Counted from the first letter of the stretch, positions 10,190 through 20,948 are shown. The stretch: 64,000 nt of DNA from Candidatus Onthoplasma sp. (GCA_051883515.1 JBJETW010000008.1:9662-73661); one strand, 5' to 3'. Made by a program: numbers and translations. The notes: generated from the sequence alone by a model not told the origin.

Positions 10190-11362
10190 ATGAATAGACT
10201 GGTATCTTTGAAGTACGTTGATAGTTATGATTATGAGACAATTGAAAACGAACTCATGAAACAATTCGATGAGCAAGGTCTTTTTTTAAAACTGAAACCA
10301 AAAATGAAAGTAATGTTGAAAGTTTGTTTAAATCCTAGCATGGCTCCTGATTGTGCAGAGACCACACACCCAAACATTGTTTGTGCAATTGCCAATATTT
10401 TAACCAAATTTGGAGCATCATGCGAACTTGTTGATTCTCAAACGGGGAAGAAGTACTCAATTGAAGGGCTTGATGAAACTTACATAACAACAGGAATGTT
10501 GGAAGTCGCAAATTTGTCTAAGTGCACACTAAATCACAACATGAAAGCGATTGAACTTGAAACTCCATATGGAAGAATGAGAAAAAATCTTATATTACTT
10601 GAAGAAATTAAAAATGTTGATGCAATCATCAATGTTGGGAAAATCAAAATTGACGATAGTTTTGGCTACATTGGTGCAACGGCAAATTTGTTTGGATTTG
10701 TGCCAGGGAAAGTGAAAGATTTATACATAAATCAATGCAACAATTTAGGTGAATTTAATGAATTTTTGCTAGATATTTACGACGTAATTAAAGACAAAAT
10801 TGCAATCAATGTGCTTGATGGAATCGTGGCATTGGAAGCTAACAAAACTCAAAGAATGCTGTCTTGTCTTGCAAGTTCAATGGACATTTTTGCTCTTGAC
10901 CAAGCGATAATTGAAATATTAAATATCAACAAAGAAAAAACAATTATATCAAACGCAAAAAATAGGGGATATGATTGTCTTAGCAAAATAAAAGTGTTTG
11001 GTGACGAATATGAAAAGTTTAAAGTCGAAGATTTTGCTTTGGTCGATTTTGATAACAACAAAAAAATTGTTGACGACAAAAAAAGAAAAAAATTCTTTAA
11101 TTTAAATCAAAAAAGAGTGGAAATAAATGCGTTGAAATGCAAAGGTTGTTCAATATGTTCAAAAATATGTCCAGTCGGAGCAATACTTATGAAATACGAT
11201 AAAAATGAAGAATTATACGCTGAAATTGACTACTCAAAATGTGTATACTGCATGAAATGTCAAACCGCTTGTCCATATTTGGTGACAAAAATGAACATTC
11301 CAATTGGCTATAAAAAAATCATGCGAGATATAAGCAAATTTGACACTCAACAAGAAAATTAG
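10190..11362 (+). CDS. DUF362-like protein with a C-terminal 2x[4Fe-4S] ferredoxin domain (divergent)
   Basis: TTHP motif; CKGCSICSKICP and CVYCMKCQTACP clusters. Confidence 0.75.
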   Translation: MNRLVSLKYVDSYDYETIENELMKQFDEQGLFLKLKPKMKVMLKVCLNPSMAPDCAETTHPNIVCAIANILTKFGASCELVDSQTGKKYSIEGLDETYITTGMLEVANLSKCTLNHNMKAIELETPYGRMRKNLILLEEIKNVDAIINVGKIKIDDSFGYIGATANLFGFVPGKVKDLYINQCNNLGEFNEFLLDIYDVIKDKIAINVLDGIVALEANKTQRMLSCLASSMDIFALDQAIIEILNINKEKTIISNAKNRGYDCLSKIKVFGDEYEKFKVEDFALVDFDNNKKIVDDKKRKKFFNLNQKRVEINALKCKGCSICSKICPVGAILMKYDKNEELYAEIDYSKCVYCMKCQTACPYLVTKMNIPIGYKKIMRDISKFDTQQEN

Positions 11363-11406
11363 AATAATTTATTGCAAACAATCAAAAATATAATTAGGAG
11401 TTAATT

Positions 11407-11661
11407 ATGTTTAGGTTGTTTGCTTTTGTTTTCACTTGTTTAGGTGGAGTTAATTGGCTTTTAATTGGTGCACTTCAATATGATTTTGTTGCGGGTATTT
11501 TTGGCACACAAGCAAATGTTTTTAGCAGAATAATTTATGTTTTTGTTGGTGTTTGTAGCGTTTACATTTTATTTGTGACGATATTTTCAAAAGGGAGACT
11601 TAAATTATTTAATTATAAAAAGAAAAAGAAAGAAAAGCCAAAAGATGATGAAGATTGGTAA
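11407..11661 (+). CDS. DUF378-family small membrane protein
   Basis: GGVNWLLIGALQYDFVAGIFG..SRIIYVFVGV motif. Confidence 0.85.
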   Translation: MFRLFAFVFTCLGGVNWLLIGALQYDFVAGIFGTQANVFSRIIYVFVGVCSVYILFVTIFSKGRLKLFNYKKKKKEKPKDDEDW

Positions 11662-11689
11662 AAAAAAGACATTTTCAAATGTCTTTTTT
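11661..11689. terminator. Bidirectional intrinsic terminator
   Basis: A7-GACATT-ttca-AATGTC-T6 between DUF378 and dnaE. Confidence 0.8.
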
Positions 11690-11702
11690 AATTTATATTT
11701 AA

Positions 11703-14700
11703 TTATTCTTGAATAAAAATGCAAGACTTATCGAGAATTGTTTCAAGTTCATAAATCAAACTTTCTCTAATTTCAACGCAAGAATTCAATTTAAATGCTT
11801 TGTTTGTTCCAGTGTCTTTAATAAACACTTGGTCCATTCCGTTGTGGTCAGAAAGAATTTTTTTGATGGCTGAGTGGAGAATTCCGTCGTTTGTGTTATA
11901 TTTAAGCCAAAGTTTTCTAGGAGCTTTAACTTCCACTTCATCAGTTGAATTTTTATCTTCATCTTCTGTTTCTTCGCTCATGAGTTCCATATTTTCAATT
12001 GTGATGCTTGGTCTTTGACCATCTCTTAAAGAAAATCTTCCTTTTATTGCAACCAAAGCATCATTAATCAATAAATCTTTAAATTTATCATATGCTTTGC
12101 TAAATAAAACGCTTTCAAACGAGCCTGTCATGTCTTCAATTTTTAAAAATGCCATTCTACTGCCATTTTTTGTTGAAATGACTTTGATGTCGGCGATAAT
12201 TCCACCGCAGGTCACTCTGTCTCCATCTTTTAAACCGTTATACAAGTCCACATTTTCTGCGTCAGTTTCTTCGCCAGAAATTGACATGTCGACGCCATAG
12301 TTTTGATATGATTCGTCTTCATTGTCTGAAACAATTCCTTCGTCGTCGCCAGACGAATCAGGAATAAAACTTGAATTGAATGTAAAGTTTTTGATTGTGT
12401 CCAAATGACTGTCAAGTGGGTGACCGCTTAGATATGTTCCTGAAATTTCTTTTTCATATTGCAGTTTGATAGGTTTTGCAAATTCGTTTATGTTTGGATA
12501 TTCATTATCTTCAATAAGTTTTGTGTCATCAATGATGTCCCCAAACAAATTCATTTGACCGTCCATTGATTTTTTACGTCTTTCAAGACAACGATCCACC
12601 ATAATTGAGAAAACTGCCATCAATTGACTTCTTGGTCTACCAAAACAATCAAAAGCACCCGCTTTAATCAATGATTCAATACAACGTTTGTTCAGTGCTT
12701 GAGAATTTGCTCTCCAAACAAAATCATTGAAGTCTTTAAATGGTCCATTTTCATTTCTTTCTTTTATGATGTCTTCCATAACAGACAAACCAACATTTTT
12801 CAATGCGGAAAGACCAAAACGAATGTTTTTTCCGTCAGTTGAGAAGTATACATCACTCAAATTTATGTCCGGCGGAAGAATTTCGATTTTTTCTTGTTTT
12901 GCATATGCCATGTAATATTTAAGTTTGTCTGGTTTTGCAAATTTATTATTCAAGATTGCTGTTATGAATTCAACTTTGTAGTATGTTTTTAAATATGCGG
13001 TTTGATATGTTATCAAAGAGTAAGCTGCCGCGTGGGATTTATTGAATGCGTATGACGCAAAACCTTCCATTTCGTTCCAAATTTTGTTTGCAACTTCTTC
13101 ACTGACTCCATTTCTTAATGCACCTTTAATTGGTGGATTATATTTGCCGTGTGAATCAGTGAACGCTTCACTGCCATTTAGGAAGGAATTTTTCCATTTT
13201 AACATTTCTTCCATTTTCTTTTTACCCATGGCACGTCTAATATTGTCCGCTTGTCCCAAACTAAATCCTGCCATTGCTTGACAAACTTTCATAACTTGCT
13301 CTTGATAAACGATACAACCATAAGTGACTTTGAGAATATCTTCAAGAATAGGGTGGTCGTATGTTGTGTCTTCTGGGTGATGCTTGTTGTGAACATATTT
13401 TGGAATTGAATCCATTGGTCCAGGGCGATAAAGTGACACAGCGGCCACAATATCTTCTATGCAAGTTGGCTGAAGTTCTTTCATGAATTTCTTAAATCCT
13501 GCAGATTCAATTTGGAAAATTCCATCAGTGTTTCCGCTTGAAATCAGTTTAAATACGTTAGGGTCATCATATGTGCATTTGTCAAAATCAATGTCAACGC
13601 CATGATTTTGTTTAATTAGTTTGCAAGCACCTTTAATATCGGATAAGTTGGTTAATCCCAAAAAGTCCATTTTGAGATGTCCAAGTTTTTCCATGTCAGC
13701 ACCTTCATATTGTGTTGAGATGATGTCTCCGTTTCGTGAAAGTGGTACGAACTTGTCTAGTGAGTCTTTACCAATAATAACTCCACAAGCATGGATTGAA
13801 CTCTGCCTTGGGAAATCTTCAACTTTAATTGCAATGTCAACCATACGCTTAACTTGTGGGTCAGAGTTGTACATCTCCACAAGTTCTGGCACGGCGTAAA
13901 CCGTTCCGTAATCTTTGTCACCTTCTTTTGGAATGTGGAAACCAAATGCTTTTGGAAGAATTGGACTTTTGTACATCGGAATTTGCTTGGTTATTTTATC
14001 GCAAATAGAGTATGGCACACGAAGAACACGGCCAACGTCTTTTATGGCATTTTTCGCTTTCATAGTTCCAAATGTAATAATACGAACAACACGGTCGCTT
14101 CCATATTTTCTTGTCACGTAATCGATGACTTCTTGTCTTCTGCTATCTTCAAAGTCAATATCAAAGTCTGGGGCAGAGACACGTTCAAGGTTTAAGAAAC
14201 GTTCAAAGAACAAATCAAATTTAAGTGGGTCAACGTTGGTAATTCCCATTGTGTAAGCGACAACAGAACCAGCACCCGAACCACGACCAGGGCCTACAGA
14301 AATACCCATGCTTTTTGCTGCGTGGATATAGTCCCAAACAATCAAGAAATATTCAATAAAACCTTGTTTCTCAATAATGGTTATTTCGTCATCAATACGC
14401 TTGTGCAGTTCTTCAGTCCAGCCACCATATTTTTTCTTTACACCTTCATCAATCAAACGCAACATAAATTCTTTTGGAGTTGCACCAACTTTTTCGTTGT
14501 AGCCACCTTCTGGGACATATCTAGGGTGCAAATAAATGTTTTTGCCGTATTCATTGAAATCGTAATTGCATTTTTCTGCAATTTCAAGAGTATTGTCAAG
14601 AGCTTGCTCATATTCTGGCAAACATTCAAGCATTTGGTCTCTAGTTTTGAAATAAAAATCATCTGTTGGGAATTTAAGTCGATTTGGTTCATCGACAAAA

Positions 14701-15371
14701 GTTTGCATTGCAACACACATCAAAACATCTTGCATTTCTGCATCTTCTTTAAAAAGATAGTGCACGTCGTTTGTTGCAACCAGTTTTATATCAAACTTTT
14801 TTGAATATTCACATAGTTTTTGATTTACAATTTTTTGGTCTGGGAGAGTGTTTGCTTGAATTTCGAGATAAAAATCTTCACCAAACACGCGTTTAAACCA
14901 CAAAATTAATTCTTCTGCTTTATCATTCTCACCATTTAAAATATATTGTGGAACGTCACCAGCAAGACATGCGGAAAGACAAATTAAACCCTCGTGATAT
15001 TGCTCCAAAGTTTTGTAGTCTATTCTTGGCTTGTAATAGTATCCGTCTCTGAAAGCAATAGCTGTAAGTTTGGAAAGATTTTTATAACCCTGTTCATTTT
15101 TCACAAGGATAATTAAATGTGAAAGTTTGGTTTTTCCTTTTTTGTTGTTTAAATCGTCGCACACATAAAACTCAGTTCCATAAATAGGTTTTATTCCTGC
15201 TGATTCACATGCGTTGTGAAATGGAATATAGCCATACATGTTTCCGTGGTCAGTGATTGCAACTGCTGGCATGCCATATTCTTTTGCAAGTTTAACCAAT
15301 TTTTTGATTCTTGCTGCACCATCAAGCAAAGAGTATTCAGTGTGGACATGTAGATGGACAAATGGTTTCAT
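11703..15371 (-). CDS. dnaE: DNA polymerase III alpha subunit (DnaE type)
   Basis: PHP motifs HLHVHTEYSLLDG and TDHGNM; GRGSGAGS; PDFDIDF; KMDFLGL; YAFNKSHAAAY; OB fold. Confidence 0.97.
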   Translation of the reverse strand: MKPFVHLHVHTEYSLLDGAARIKKLVKLAKEYGMPAVAITDHGNMYGYIPFHNACESAGIKPIYGTEFYVCDDLNNKKGKTKLSHLIILVKNEQGYKNLSKLTAIAFRDGYYYKPRIDYKTLEQYHEGLICLSACLAGDVPQYILNGENDKAEELILWFKRVFGEDFYLEIQANTLPDQKIVNQKLCEYSKKFDIKLVATNDVHYLFKEDAEMQDVLMCVAMQTFVDEPNRLKFPTDDFYFKTRDQMLECLPEYEQALDNTLEIAEKCNYDFNEYGKNIYLHPRYVPEGGYNEKVGATPKEFMLRLIDEGVKKKYGGWTEELHKRIDDEITIIEKQGFIEYFLIVWDYIHAAKSMGISVGPGRGSGAGSVVAYTMGITNVDPLKFDLFFERFLNLERVSAPDFDIDFEDSRRQEVIDYVTRKYGSDRVVRIITFGTMKAKNAIKDVGRVLRVPYSICDKITKQIPMYKSPILPKAFGFHIPKEGDKDYGTVYAVPELVEMYNSDPQVKRMVDIAIKVEDFPRQSSIHACGVIIGKDSLDKFVPLSRNGDIISTQYEGADMEKLGHLKMDFLGLTNLSDIKGACKLIKQNHGVDIDFDKCTYDDPNVFKLISSGNTDGIFQIESAGFKKFMKELQPTCIEDIVAAVSLYRPGPMDSIPKYVHNKHHPEDTTYDHPILEDILKVTYGCIVYQEQVMKVCQAMAGFSLGQADNIRRAMGKKKMEEMLKWKNSFLNGSEAFTDSHGKYNPPIKGALRNGVSEEVANKIWNEMEGFASYAFNKSHAAAYSLITYQTAYLKTYYKVEFITAILNNKFAKPDKLKYYMAYAKQEKIEILPPDINLSDVYFSTDGKNIRFGLSALKNVGLSVMEDIIKERNENGPFKDFNDFVWRANSQALNKRCIESLIKAGAFDCFGRPRSQLMAVFSIMVDRCLERRKKSMDGQMNLFGDIIDDTKLIEDNEYPNINEFAKPIKLQYEKEISGTYLSGHPLDSHLDTIKNFTFNSSFIPDSSGDDEGIVSDNEDESYQNYGVDMSISGEETDAENVDLYNGLKDGDRVTCGGIIADIKVISTKNGSRMAFLKIEDMTGSFESVLFSKAYDKFKDLLINDALVAIKGRFSLRDGQRPSITIENMELMSEETEDEDKNSTDEVEVKAPRKLWLKYNTNDGILHSAIKKILSDHNGMDQVFIKDTGTNKAFKLNSCVEIRESLIYELETILDKSCIFIQE

Positions 15372-16240
15372 TTTTCTTCTCCTTTGTGTTTTTTGTAAAT
15401 TTCAATAATTTTATCCAAACGATACTTTATGCCAGCGCGCGATAGTTTGTTATTTAAAACTTTTTGTAAATCTCCAAGGGATACATCAGGATTTGCAAGT
15501 CGAGCCAAAGCAACTTCTTTTAAATTTTCGTCCAAACTATCCAATGTTAGGTTAGAGATGATATAGTTAATTGCATCAATCTGCAAACTGCTGGCGTTTA
15601 TGGTTTTGTCCAAATTGGATTCAAAGCAATTGTTTTGTCTGTTTGCAACATTTCTCATTTCTCGCATTGCAAGGTTGTTTTGAATTTCAAGGGCGGTGTA
15701 TTGAGCACCAAGGAAAACAAATAAATCACAAATTTGCGAACTGTTTCTAGAATAAACAACAATTTGATTTGCTCTTTTTGCAATATTGAGATTAAAGTTG
15801 AATTCACTGAAAAGAGAGACAACAAGATTTGCCAAATTTTGTTTTTTAAGCACAATTTCAAACCTATAACCTTTTGAGTTTTTTGTGCTGTCTTGATTGT
15901 AATAAAATCTGCCACAAACAAGATAAATTGATTGTAAAATGATGATTTTTTCTTCTTGAGAATGGAAATTTTTAAGAGAATCAGACGAAAAATCGATTTC
16001 TTTCAAAAATTTTTCAATGTCTCCACCAATTGAAAGACAATTGTTCCATCTGCTTATGTCAAGGAATAAATAATCATTTAAAATTATGGTTTCAATTTGC
16101 GTAAGAATTTGTTCATCAGCAGTAATTAAAATGTTGTGTTTTGTTATTTCTGCGTTTGCGGTCAAAACAGAATGTAAAAAAATAAGACTGCAATTCTTTT
16201 TTGCCATTGAGTTTAAGATTTGAGTTTTGCAGTCTTTCAT
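15368..16240 (-). CDS. whiA: DNA-binding protein WhiA (divergent N-terminus)
   Basis: C-terminal NRQNNCFESNLDKTINAS...LSRAGIKYRL matches the WhiA HTH domain. Confidence 0.85.
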   Translation of the reverse strand: MKDCKTQILNSMAKKNCSLIFLHSVLTANAEITKHNILITADEQILTQIETIILNDYLFLDISRWNNCLSIGGDIEKFLKEIDFSSDSLKNFHSQEEKIIILQSIYLVCGRFYYNQDSTKNSKGYRFEIVLKKQNLANLVVSLFSEFNFNLNIAKRANQIVVYSRNSSQICDLFVFLGAQYTALEIQNNLAMREMRNVANRQNNCFESNLDKTINASSLQIDAINYIISNLTLDSLDENLKEVALARLANPDVSLGDLQKVLNNKLSRAGIKYRLDKIIEIYKKHKGEEK

Positions 16241-16242
16241 AA

Positions 16243-17019
16243 TTAGCTCCTTTTCTTTCGTTTGTCCTTTTTAAGTTGTGGCAAATCATTGTAATTTACA
16301 ACGGCAGATGTTGGAATTCTAAGTCTTAAAATAGCTTGAAGTCCAAGATGCCCATCGCCAACTTTTGAACAATGGTGTGCGTCGCTGTTAATCACAAATT
16401 TGCAACCAAGATTATAGCATGTCAAGATTTCTTTGTCGCTCATGCCAAGTCTTTTCCCATTGAGTTCAATCAAGGTGTTTGTTTCTTTTGCAACTCTTGC
16501 AACTTTTTCGACATCAACTTTGCAACCATAATTTAAGTGGGTGAGAATGTCAATTTTATATTTTCTCATCGCATTGATGTATGCATTCGTGTTTTGTTCG
16601 CGTTGGCGTTTGCTTGTGTGATGGAATAATTCACACATAATATTTTTGATTATAAAACCGAATTTTTCTTTTTTTGTGGTTGATTTAACAAATCTATGGA
16701 AACCGCAAAGCAAAATATCCAATTTTTCATAATCTTCTGGTGTTATATCAATGTCGCCTTTGCTTGAAATCAAATTTGCTTCCACGCCCAACAAAACATC
16801 GATAGGGAAGCGCTCTTTTGCATCTTCAATTTCAGAGCGAACCTTGTCCAAATCTTTTCGCATTACACCATACAAAGTTTGGTTAAAGCCATGGTCAGTG
16901 ATTGCAACTTGTCTCAAACCTTTTTCATATGCAACTCTAACATTTTCTTCAATTGAACTTTTTCCATGATGATGTCTTGAGTATTTTGTGTGTGTGTGAT
17001 AATCAGCAATCAATGCCAT
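16243..17019 (-). CDS. PHP-domain phosphoesterase (YcdX/HisK-like)
   Basis: DYHTHT, ITDHG, GVEAN, HLNY and NSDAH motifs; start reassigned to ATG 17019 after RBS AAGGAG. Confidence 0.85.
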   Translation of the reverse strand: MALIADYHTHTKYSRHHHGKSSIEENVRVAYEKGLRQVAITDHGFNQTLYGVMRKDLDKVRSEIEDAKERFPIDVLLGVEANLISSKGDIDITPEDYEKLDILLCGFHRFVKSTTKKEKFGFIIKNIMCELFHHTSKRQREQNTNAYINAMRKYKIDILTHLNYGCKVDVEKVARVAKETNTLIELNGKRLGMSDKEILTCYNLGCKFVINSDAHHCSKVGDGHLGLQAILRLRIPTSAVVNYNDLPQLKKDKRKKRS

Positions 17020-17092
17020 AAATTTTCTCCTTGTGGATATTATATCACCAACAAAAAAATAAATCAACATTTATCTTTTTATTATTTTAAAT

Positions 17093-17962
17093 TTAACGGA
17101 CGATTTCAATTTCTTTTTTTGGGATTTTTTGGCATTTATTTTTAATTTCTTGAGTCACAAAATCAATCAAATTTTCAACATCTTGTGCTGTTGCATTGTC
17201 AATATTAATAATAAAACCTGCATGTTTGTTTGAAATCATCGCTCCGCCAATGCACTTGCCTTTTAAACCGAGTTCATCTATAAGTTTTGAAGGAATAAAA
17301 TCTGTGCGCTTAAAAATGCTTCCTGCCGAATTAAATTCAAGTGGTTGATTTTGAATTTTTTTTGATGCATAGAAAACGACATTGTTATAAATGTCAGATT
17401 TTTCGCCATGTTGAAGTTTCAATCCAACTCGAGTGATAAGATAATTTTTGTGCTTAAAAATGCTGTCTCTATACGCGAAATCGCAATCATTTTTTGATAA
17501 ATAAACTCTATGTTCAGTGTCAGGAAGGGCATACGCTTCAACAAAATGTATTAAATTTGAAATTAAATAGTCACCCGAACCCAACGAATTTGTGACCGCG
17601 CCACCAAAAGTTGATGGAATACCTGCAAATCCTTCAAGTCCTGACAAATTGTTGTCCACACAAAATGACAGCAATTCAGTAATTGTGAGTCCAGAGTCCA
17701 CGCAAAGCATGTTTCCACATTTTTTTATTTGGTTAGTTTCGTTAACAATTATCATGCCATCAAAACCTTTATCCAAGAAAAGCAAATTTGCGCCCAATCC
17801 AATAACTTTGAATTTAATTTTTGAATCAATGCAAAATCTAACACTTTCCAAAAGGTCATTGATGGTTTTTGCAACAAACAAAAATTTTGCACACCCACCA
17901 ATTTTGAATGTGCAGAAATTTTTTAGACTCACATCTTTTTCAACTTTTGAAAAATCAAACAT
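17093..17962 (-). CDS. murB: UDP-N-acetylenolpyruvoylglucosamine reductase
   Basis: TFKIGG, IGLGANLLF, GIPSTFGGA, YRDSIFK, SAGSIFK and ISNKHAGFIIN motifs. Confidence 0.93.
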   Translation of the reverse strand: MFDFSKVEKDVSLKNFCTFKIGGCAKFLFVAKTINDLLESVRFCIDSKIKFKVIGLGANLLFLDKGFDGMIIVNETNQIKKCGNMLCVDSGLTITELLSFCVDNNLSGLEGFAGIPSTFGGAVTNSLGSGDYLISNLIHFVEAYALPDTEHRVYLSKNDCDFAYRDSIFKHKNYLITRVGLKLQHGEKSDIYNNVVFYASKKIQNQPLEFNSAGSIFKRTDFIPSKLIDELGLKGKCIGGAMISNKHAGFIINIDNATAQDVENLIDFVTQEIKNKCQKIPKKEIEIVR

Positions 17963-18869
17963 AAAATGCGTTTGGAATGCTTGCTTTCATTATTGCATCT
18001 TCCATGTCACTATATATTCCAGTTTGATAAATTTTGCCAAAATTTACAGAATATAGTGAAAAATTGGTTAAATTTTGTTGATTTTCGTTCGAAAAAACGC
18101 ATTTTACGAAATTTTTTGTTGTTTCATTTGGTTTGCATATGCCAATATATTGAATTAAATCTGTGTAAGTTGAGCATGGAGTTATTGAGCAATTTAGTCG
18201 CCCAATGTTATTCAATTTGTCAACGCGATAGACATCTCGATTTGTTCCAAGTAGGGTGGCAGTTTTGTCGTTAACAAAATGTTTATATGCTTCGTAAGGT
18301 GTTTCAATTGTGGAAACGGCAAAATTATTTTCCAAATAAATTTTTTCAGGGTGACAATAAGGACTTGTCCCACATTTAAAGTTATTGGTTAGATTTCCGT
18401 GAGTGATAAGAGCATATCCGCTCATTATGTATGGTAAGGCATAAACTTTATTGGAAAACATTCCAGATTCCACCAATTCATCTCTAACATTAAAACAATT
18501 TTCAAAATCCGAAAGAAAAGGCAAAACAATTTTCCCAACTCCATAACCAAATGAAATTATGTCAGGAGTGCTTTGGCTAAGTTCAGTTTCCAAATTTTCA
18601 GGACTTATTGAACGAATCATAAATAGATTTTCCGGTTCAGATTTTTCCAACTTTCTTGCAATTGTTTTTAGATATTCAATTCTAGATTTGCTTCCACCTT
18701 CAAATGTTTCAATGTGCCAAATTTCATATATAGTAGTTTGCTTGTCCGGTTGCTTGTAAATTTCATGTTGAATTGCCTTTTTAATGCCAAAAAACGCTAC
18801 ATAAAAACATAAAATTAACATCAAACTCACACTTAAAATTTTCTTTATATGTTGTTTAAAAAATTTCAT
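17955..18869 (-). CDS. Membrane-anchored solute-binding-protein-like hypothetical protein
   Basis: N-terminal TM anchor; WHIETFEGG and YALPYIMSGY resemble SBP family 1 segments. Confidence 0.55.
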   Translation of the reverse strand: MKFFKQHIKKILSVSLMLILCFYVAFFGIKKAIQHEIYKQPDKQTTIYEIWHIETFEGGSKSRIEYLKTIARKLEKSEPENLFMIRSISPENLETELSQSTPDIISFGYGVGKIVLPFLSDFENCFNVRDELVESGMFSNKVYALPYIMSGYALITHGNLTNNFKCGTSPYCHPEKIYLENNFAVSTIETPYEAYKHFVNDKTATLLGTNRDVYRVDKLNNIGRLNCSITPCSTYTDLIQYIGICKPNETTKNFVKCVFSNENQQNLTNFSLYSVNFGKIYQTGIYSDMEDAIMKASIPNAFYV

Positions 18870-18936
18870 ATTTATTAATATGATGAAATGGACAAAATTA
18901 TTTTATCATTGTTGAATTTTGTGATATAATATTAAC

Positions 18937-20751
18937 ATGGATTTAGTGCTTGACAAAGTTAAAAGATTGCCCAATGATGCAGGTGTCTACATCATGAAAG
19001 ACAAAGACAATAATGTTATCTATGTGGGCAAAGCAAAAAATTTAAAGAAAAGAGTTAGTCAATATTTCTTAAGAAAACAAGACCATTTAAAAGTAAAAAA
19101 CATGGTCAAAAATGTGGTTGACTTTGATTTTTTTGTTGTTAACGATGAAGTTGAAGCACTTGCGCTTGAAAATAATTTGATAAAAAAATATAAACCTTAT
19201 TATAACATTCTTCTAAAAGACGGGAAAACCTATGCGTACATCAAAGTGAATTTAAAAGAAGATTTCCCGAGATTCGAGATTTCAAGAAGGTTAAATAAAA
19301 ATGACAAATATTTTGGTCCATATATGGCAGGGGTGAGTGCAAAAGACGTTTTGTCTATCATGGATTATGCATTCCCATTGAGAAAGTGCAAGCAAGTTAT
19401 CACCGAAAACAAAAAGCCGTTTAAACCTTGTTTGTTCAAAGAAATGCATATGTGCTCAGCGCCATGTGCAAAATTGATTTCAAAACAGGAATATATGGAA
19501 ATTGTGGACAAGGCAATAAAGTTTTTAAAAGGTGACACAAAAGAAGTTGAAACGCTTTTAAAACAAAAAATGGAAGTCGCTTCAAAAAATGAAAATTTTG
19601 AGACAGCACTCTTGATTCGTGACCGATTGAAAATGTTAGAAAAATTGAAATCTAATGTAATCACCAGTCTTGGTTCGTTGGTTGATTATGACATATTCAA
19701 TCTTGCAACAAGTGGCGAGTTTTCTGCTATGTGTGCTTTGTCAATACGCGGTGGGAAACTTCAAGGAGTTCAAACTTTTGACATTTTAAATTTTTTGGAC
19801 GAAGTTGAAGCATATTCTCAATTCATTATGCAATATTATTCAACACACCCGCTAATTGCAGATGAGATAATTTTGCCAGATATTGACACAAAAGAAATAG
19901 AAATTATATTAAGAGAAAAATCAAACAAAAAAATCACAATAATAAAACCCAAAATTGACAGTGTAAAGCACAAACTTCTTGAAATGGCGGAAAAGAACGC
20001 TCATCTTCATATGGAAAAGAATTTGGACATCAACACAAAAAAAATAAACGCCAGCATTGGCGCGATGAAGCAGTTGCAACAAGATTTAAACTTGAAACAT
20101 ATTCCAAAGCGTATTGAATGTTATGACATTTCGCACACATATGGAACATATACGGTTGCAAGTATGGTTGTTTTAATAAACGGCGAAAAAGCAAAAAAGA
20201 TGTATCGCAAGTTTAAAATCGAAACGGTAGATTTTATTGATGATTTTGCTTCCATGCGTGAAGTTTTAACACGCAGAATGGAAAAATTGAATTCAGATGA
20301 TATAAGTTTTTCTAGTGTGCCAGATTTGATTGTGATTGATGGGGGAAAAGGTCAACTTAGTTCGGCAGTCGAAGTCCTTACAAAATATAATTATCCAAAC
20401 GATTTAATAAGTTTGGCAAAAAGGGAAGAAGAAGTATTCAAGCCAAACGGAAGCAAACCTTATATATTAAAAAAGGGCAGTTATTCGTTAAGACTTTTGC
20501 AACTAGCACGAGATGAAGCGCATAGATTTGCAATAACATTCAATCGTGAGTTAAGGTCGAAAGGAATGTTCAAGTCAGGGCTAGAATCAATTGCGGGTGT
20601 GGGTCCAGCAACAAGAAGAACCTTGATTTCAAATTTCAGGACAATTGAAAACATAAAAAATGCAACTTTAACCCAACTTGAACAAACAAAAGGCATAACA
20701 AAACCCACAGCAAAGAAAATATATGAACATTTTCACTCTGAAAAAGATTAA
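18937..20751 (+). CDS. uvrC: Excinuclease ABC subunit C
   Basis: GIY-YIG motif GVYIM..IYVGKAKNLKKRV; RIECYDISH; IDGGKGQ; RDEAHRFA; HhH. Confidence 0.97.
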   Translation: MDLVLDKVKRLPNDAGVYIMKDKDNNVIYVGKAKNLKKRVSQYFLRKQDHLKVKNMVKNVVDFDFFVVNDEVEALALENNLIKKYKPYYNILLKDGKTYAYIKVNLKEDFPRFEISRRLNKNDKYFGPYMAGVSAKDVLSIMDYAFPLRKCKQVITENKKPFKPCLFKEMHMCSAPCAKLISKQEYMEIVDKAIKFLKGDTKEVETLLKQKMEVASKNENFETALLIRDRLKMLEKLKSNVITSLGSLVDYDIFNLATSGEFSAMCALSIRGGKLQGVQTFDILNFLDEVEAYSQFIMQYYSTHPLIADEIILPDIDTKEIEIILREKSNKKITIIKPKIDSVKHKLLEMAEKNAHLHMEKNLDINTKKINASIGAMKQLQQDLNLKHIPKRIECYDISHTYGTYTVASMVVLINGEKAKKMYRKFKIETVDFIDDFASMREVLTRRMEKLNSDDISFSSVPDLIVIDGGKGQLSSAVEVLTKYNYPNDLISLAKREEEVFKPNGSKPYILKKGSYSLRLLQLARDEAHRFAITFNRELRSKGMFKSGLESIAGVGPATRRTLISNFRTIENIKNATLTQLEQTKGITKPTAKKIYEHFHSEKD

Positions 20752-20948
20752 ATTTGCATTTTTGTAATAACAAACAAAACCATTTGAAATAATTTTTTTG
20801 AGACAACATTAAGAATTTCCTTTTACAAAGGAAAGTGGAAATTATAAATAATAAAATTGGCACTCTAAATAAAAGTTTGCCAATTTTTTTAAATTTTTTT
20901 GCATTTTTGCTTGACATTTGGTTATAATAGGAGTAGAATGGAAGCGAA

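Noticed and set aside
11703-15371. Intein in DnaE
   Set aside because: The extra length is explained by short acidic or loop insertions; there are no C/S...HN splice motifs or LAGLIDADG blocks.
16987-16998. (GT)n microsatellite as a phase-variation switch
   Set aside because: It simply encodes the conserved HTHT metal-binding motif of the PHP domain.
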